A DNA stretch of 64,000 nucleotides. Source: Antedon mediterranea (lineage: Eukaryota; Animalia; Echinodermata). Shown here in pieces: positions 13,546-64,000 of the stretch. Within the stretch, counting starts at the first letter, position 1, and the number at the start of each line of letters is the position of its first letter. The translations under genes were made by a program, and so were the position numbers. Below the pieces are notes generated by a model. The model searched no databases, was not told the origin of the DNA, and saw only the letters and a list, made by a program, of their open reading frames with translations. The stretch covers positions 13,206,001 through 13,270,000 of the forward strand of contig NC_092671.1 in assembly GCF_964355755.1 (NCBI RefSeq), read 5' to 3'.

Positions 13546-13596
13546 AATAAAAATTAAATTTTGAAATCAAAATCGTCTTGTTGTCCGTAGTTTATT
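13546..13596. terminator. Facing polyadenylation signals (+ AATAAA 13546-13551; - AATAAA 13591-13596)
   Basis: The hexamers lie between the two convergent genes; GT-rich tcgtcttgttgtccgt is downstream of the + signal. AATAAA is common in AT-rich DNA, so this is tentative. Confidence 0.45.
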
Positions 13597-14592
13597 TCAG
13601 AGCTTCTACTTCTATAATTCAACTTTCTAAAGTTACAAAATATTATAAAACATAAATATCACAATACTAAAAGCGCTAAAACCTAATTATAATGACATAC
13701 TGTACAACTACTGATTCAACTGAAAGCATTCTTACGGTTTTAAATAACTTAGTTGACATTCAGAACATGAAATGAAAGCAAAATCTAAATATATGCATTG
13801 CTATTTTGTTTGCAATTATGAATATTTAGATAAAAATAACGTTAATTGTCTCAGAGGGAGGTTCCAAGATGGTTAACTATCTGACTTACAAAACTGAGTA
13901 ATATTCCTAATAACTAATTGTAAATTGTTTGCGTAATATGAAGCAAAGAAAGCATACTTAAAATACATAATTGATCAGTGCTCTTTCTTGTTTTCTTTTA
14001 TTTCAAATCTGAAAATTAAAATCAAAATTGCGTAAATTAAATAGGAAAAATAGATATTAGCTTTGTTTTTTAATACCACTAAATTTTTGTTTGTTAGTTA
14101 CTGATAATTATATTACTTTATATCAAAGGTACTGTGTATCATGCCTTGTACCATGGGAGTGTGGTCGTTGCACTCATTGTAAAGAAATATATAGGCCTAC
14201 ATCACATAAGAAATCTATGCACAGATATATTTCCAGGATAAATAACCAATGGTTGCAGTAGCTGTTACAAATGCCGAGGCAGTTGAAAATTCAGAGGTAG
14301 TTGCAGATACAGTTTTAGATGCAGTTGCAGAGGCAGATAAAGTTGCAGATACCATTTTAGTTGCAGATCCAGGAAAGCTCAAGGCATGTAACTTTCAATT
14401 AAGTTCTTAAGCTCATATTACATCTTTTGCATTATATTTACCAAACTTTAGGAAGGGGGCAGGCTGGAAAGAGATGCATGATGCGACTGTAGTTTGTATT
14501 GTTTGCATTTCACAAACAAAATTATGGAAATTCATTTCTGCTAATTTTAAATAAAAGATAATTGTTAAAATATAATAGCAATAACATACTCA

Positions 14593-63814
<49,222 letters not shown>

Positions 63815-64000
63815 CTGTAAAGTAACAATAACATTAATAAAATGAATGTTTTGTTAAACTTACAGGCAATAAGCATAAGATACATTTAAGGTTTTTTTTT
63901 TATTATAATTTTATTGAGGATTCTTGACTATACAAAATGTCTTATACCATACCATATTTTATCTAACTTACAATCAATTCATTTATTATTATTTATTTAA

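Overview
AT-rich, intron-rich animal genomic DNA, with no sign of prokaryotic sequence. A marine invertebrate, probably a deuterostome such as an echinoderm, is my inference from the gene families and a Deu/Nin-domain SINE. Two convergent spliced genes can be reconstructed by hand with GT-AG boundaries and consistent intron phases. (1) A complete 7-exon, 298-aa ADP-ribosyl cyclase (CD38/BST1/Aplysia cyclase family) on + (8104-13037). It keeps the catalytic Glu but has a rewired active site: TLEDTL becomes TLADFR, giving the equivalents of CD38 E146A, D155G, W189Y and T221I. (2) The 3' 51 coding exons (~24.7 kb CDS, >8,200 aa, 5' end outside the window) of a giant MUC4-like type-I membrane mucin on - (14593->63814). 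Its order is: a 17,127-nt Thr/acidic repeat exon, 2 LDLa, 2 Sushi, 2 EGF, NIDO-AMOP-VWD(GDPH), ~20 EGF, SEA, 2 EGF, SEA(GSVI), 2 EGF, TM, cytoplasmic tail. The introns hold a Deu-domain tRNA-SINE, a CACT-ended non-autonomous DNA transposon, MITEs, LINE fragments, (TA)n microsatellites and a dead duplicated exon. All exon calls and alignments were made by eye and need RNA-seq/HMM confirmation.
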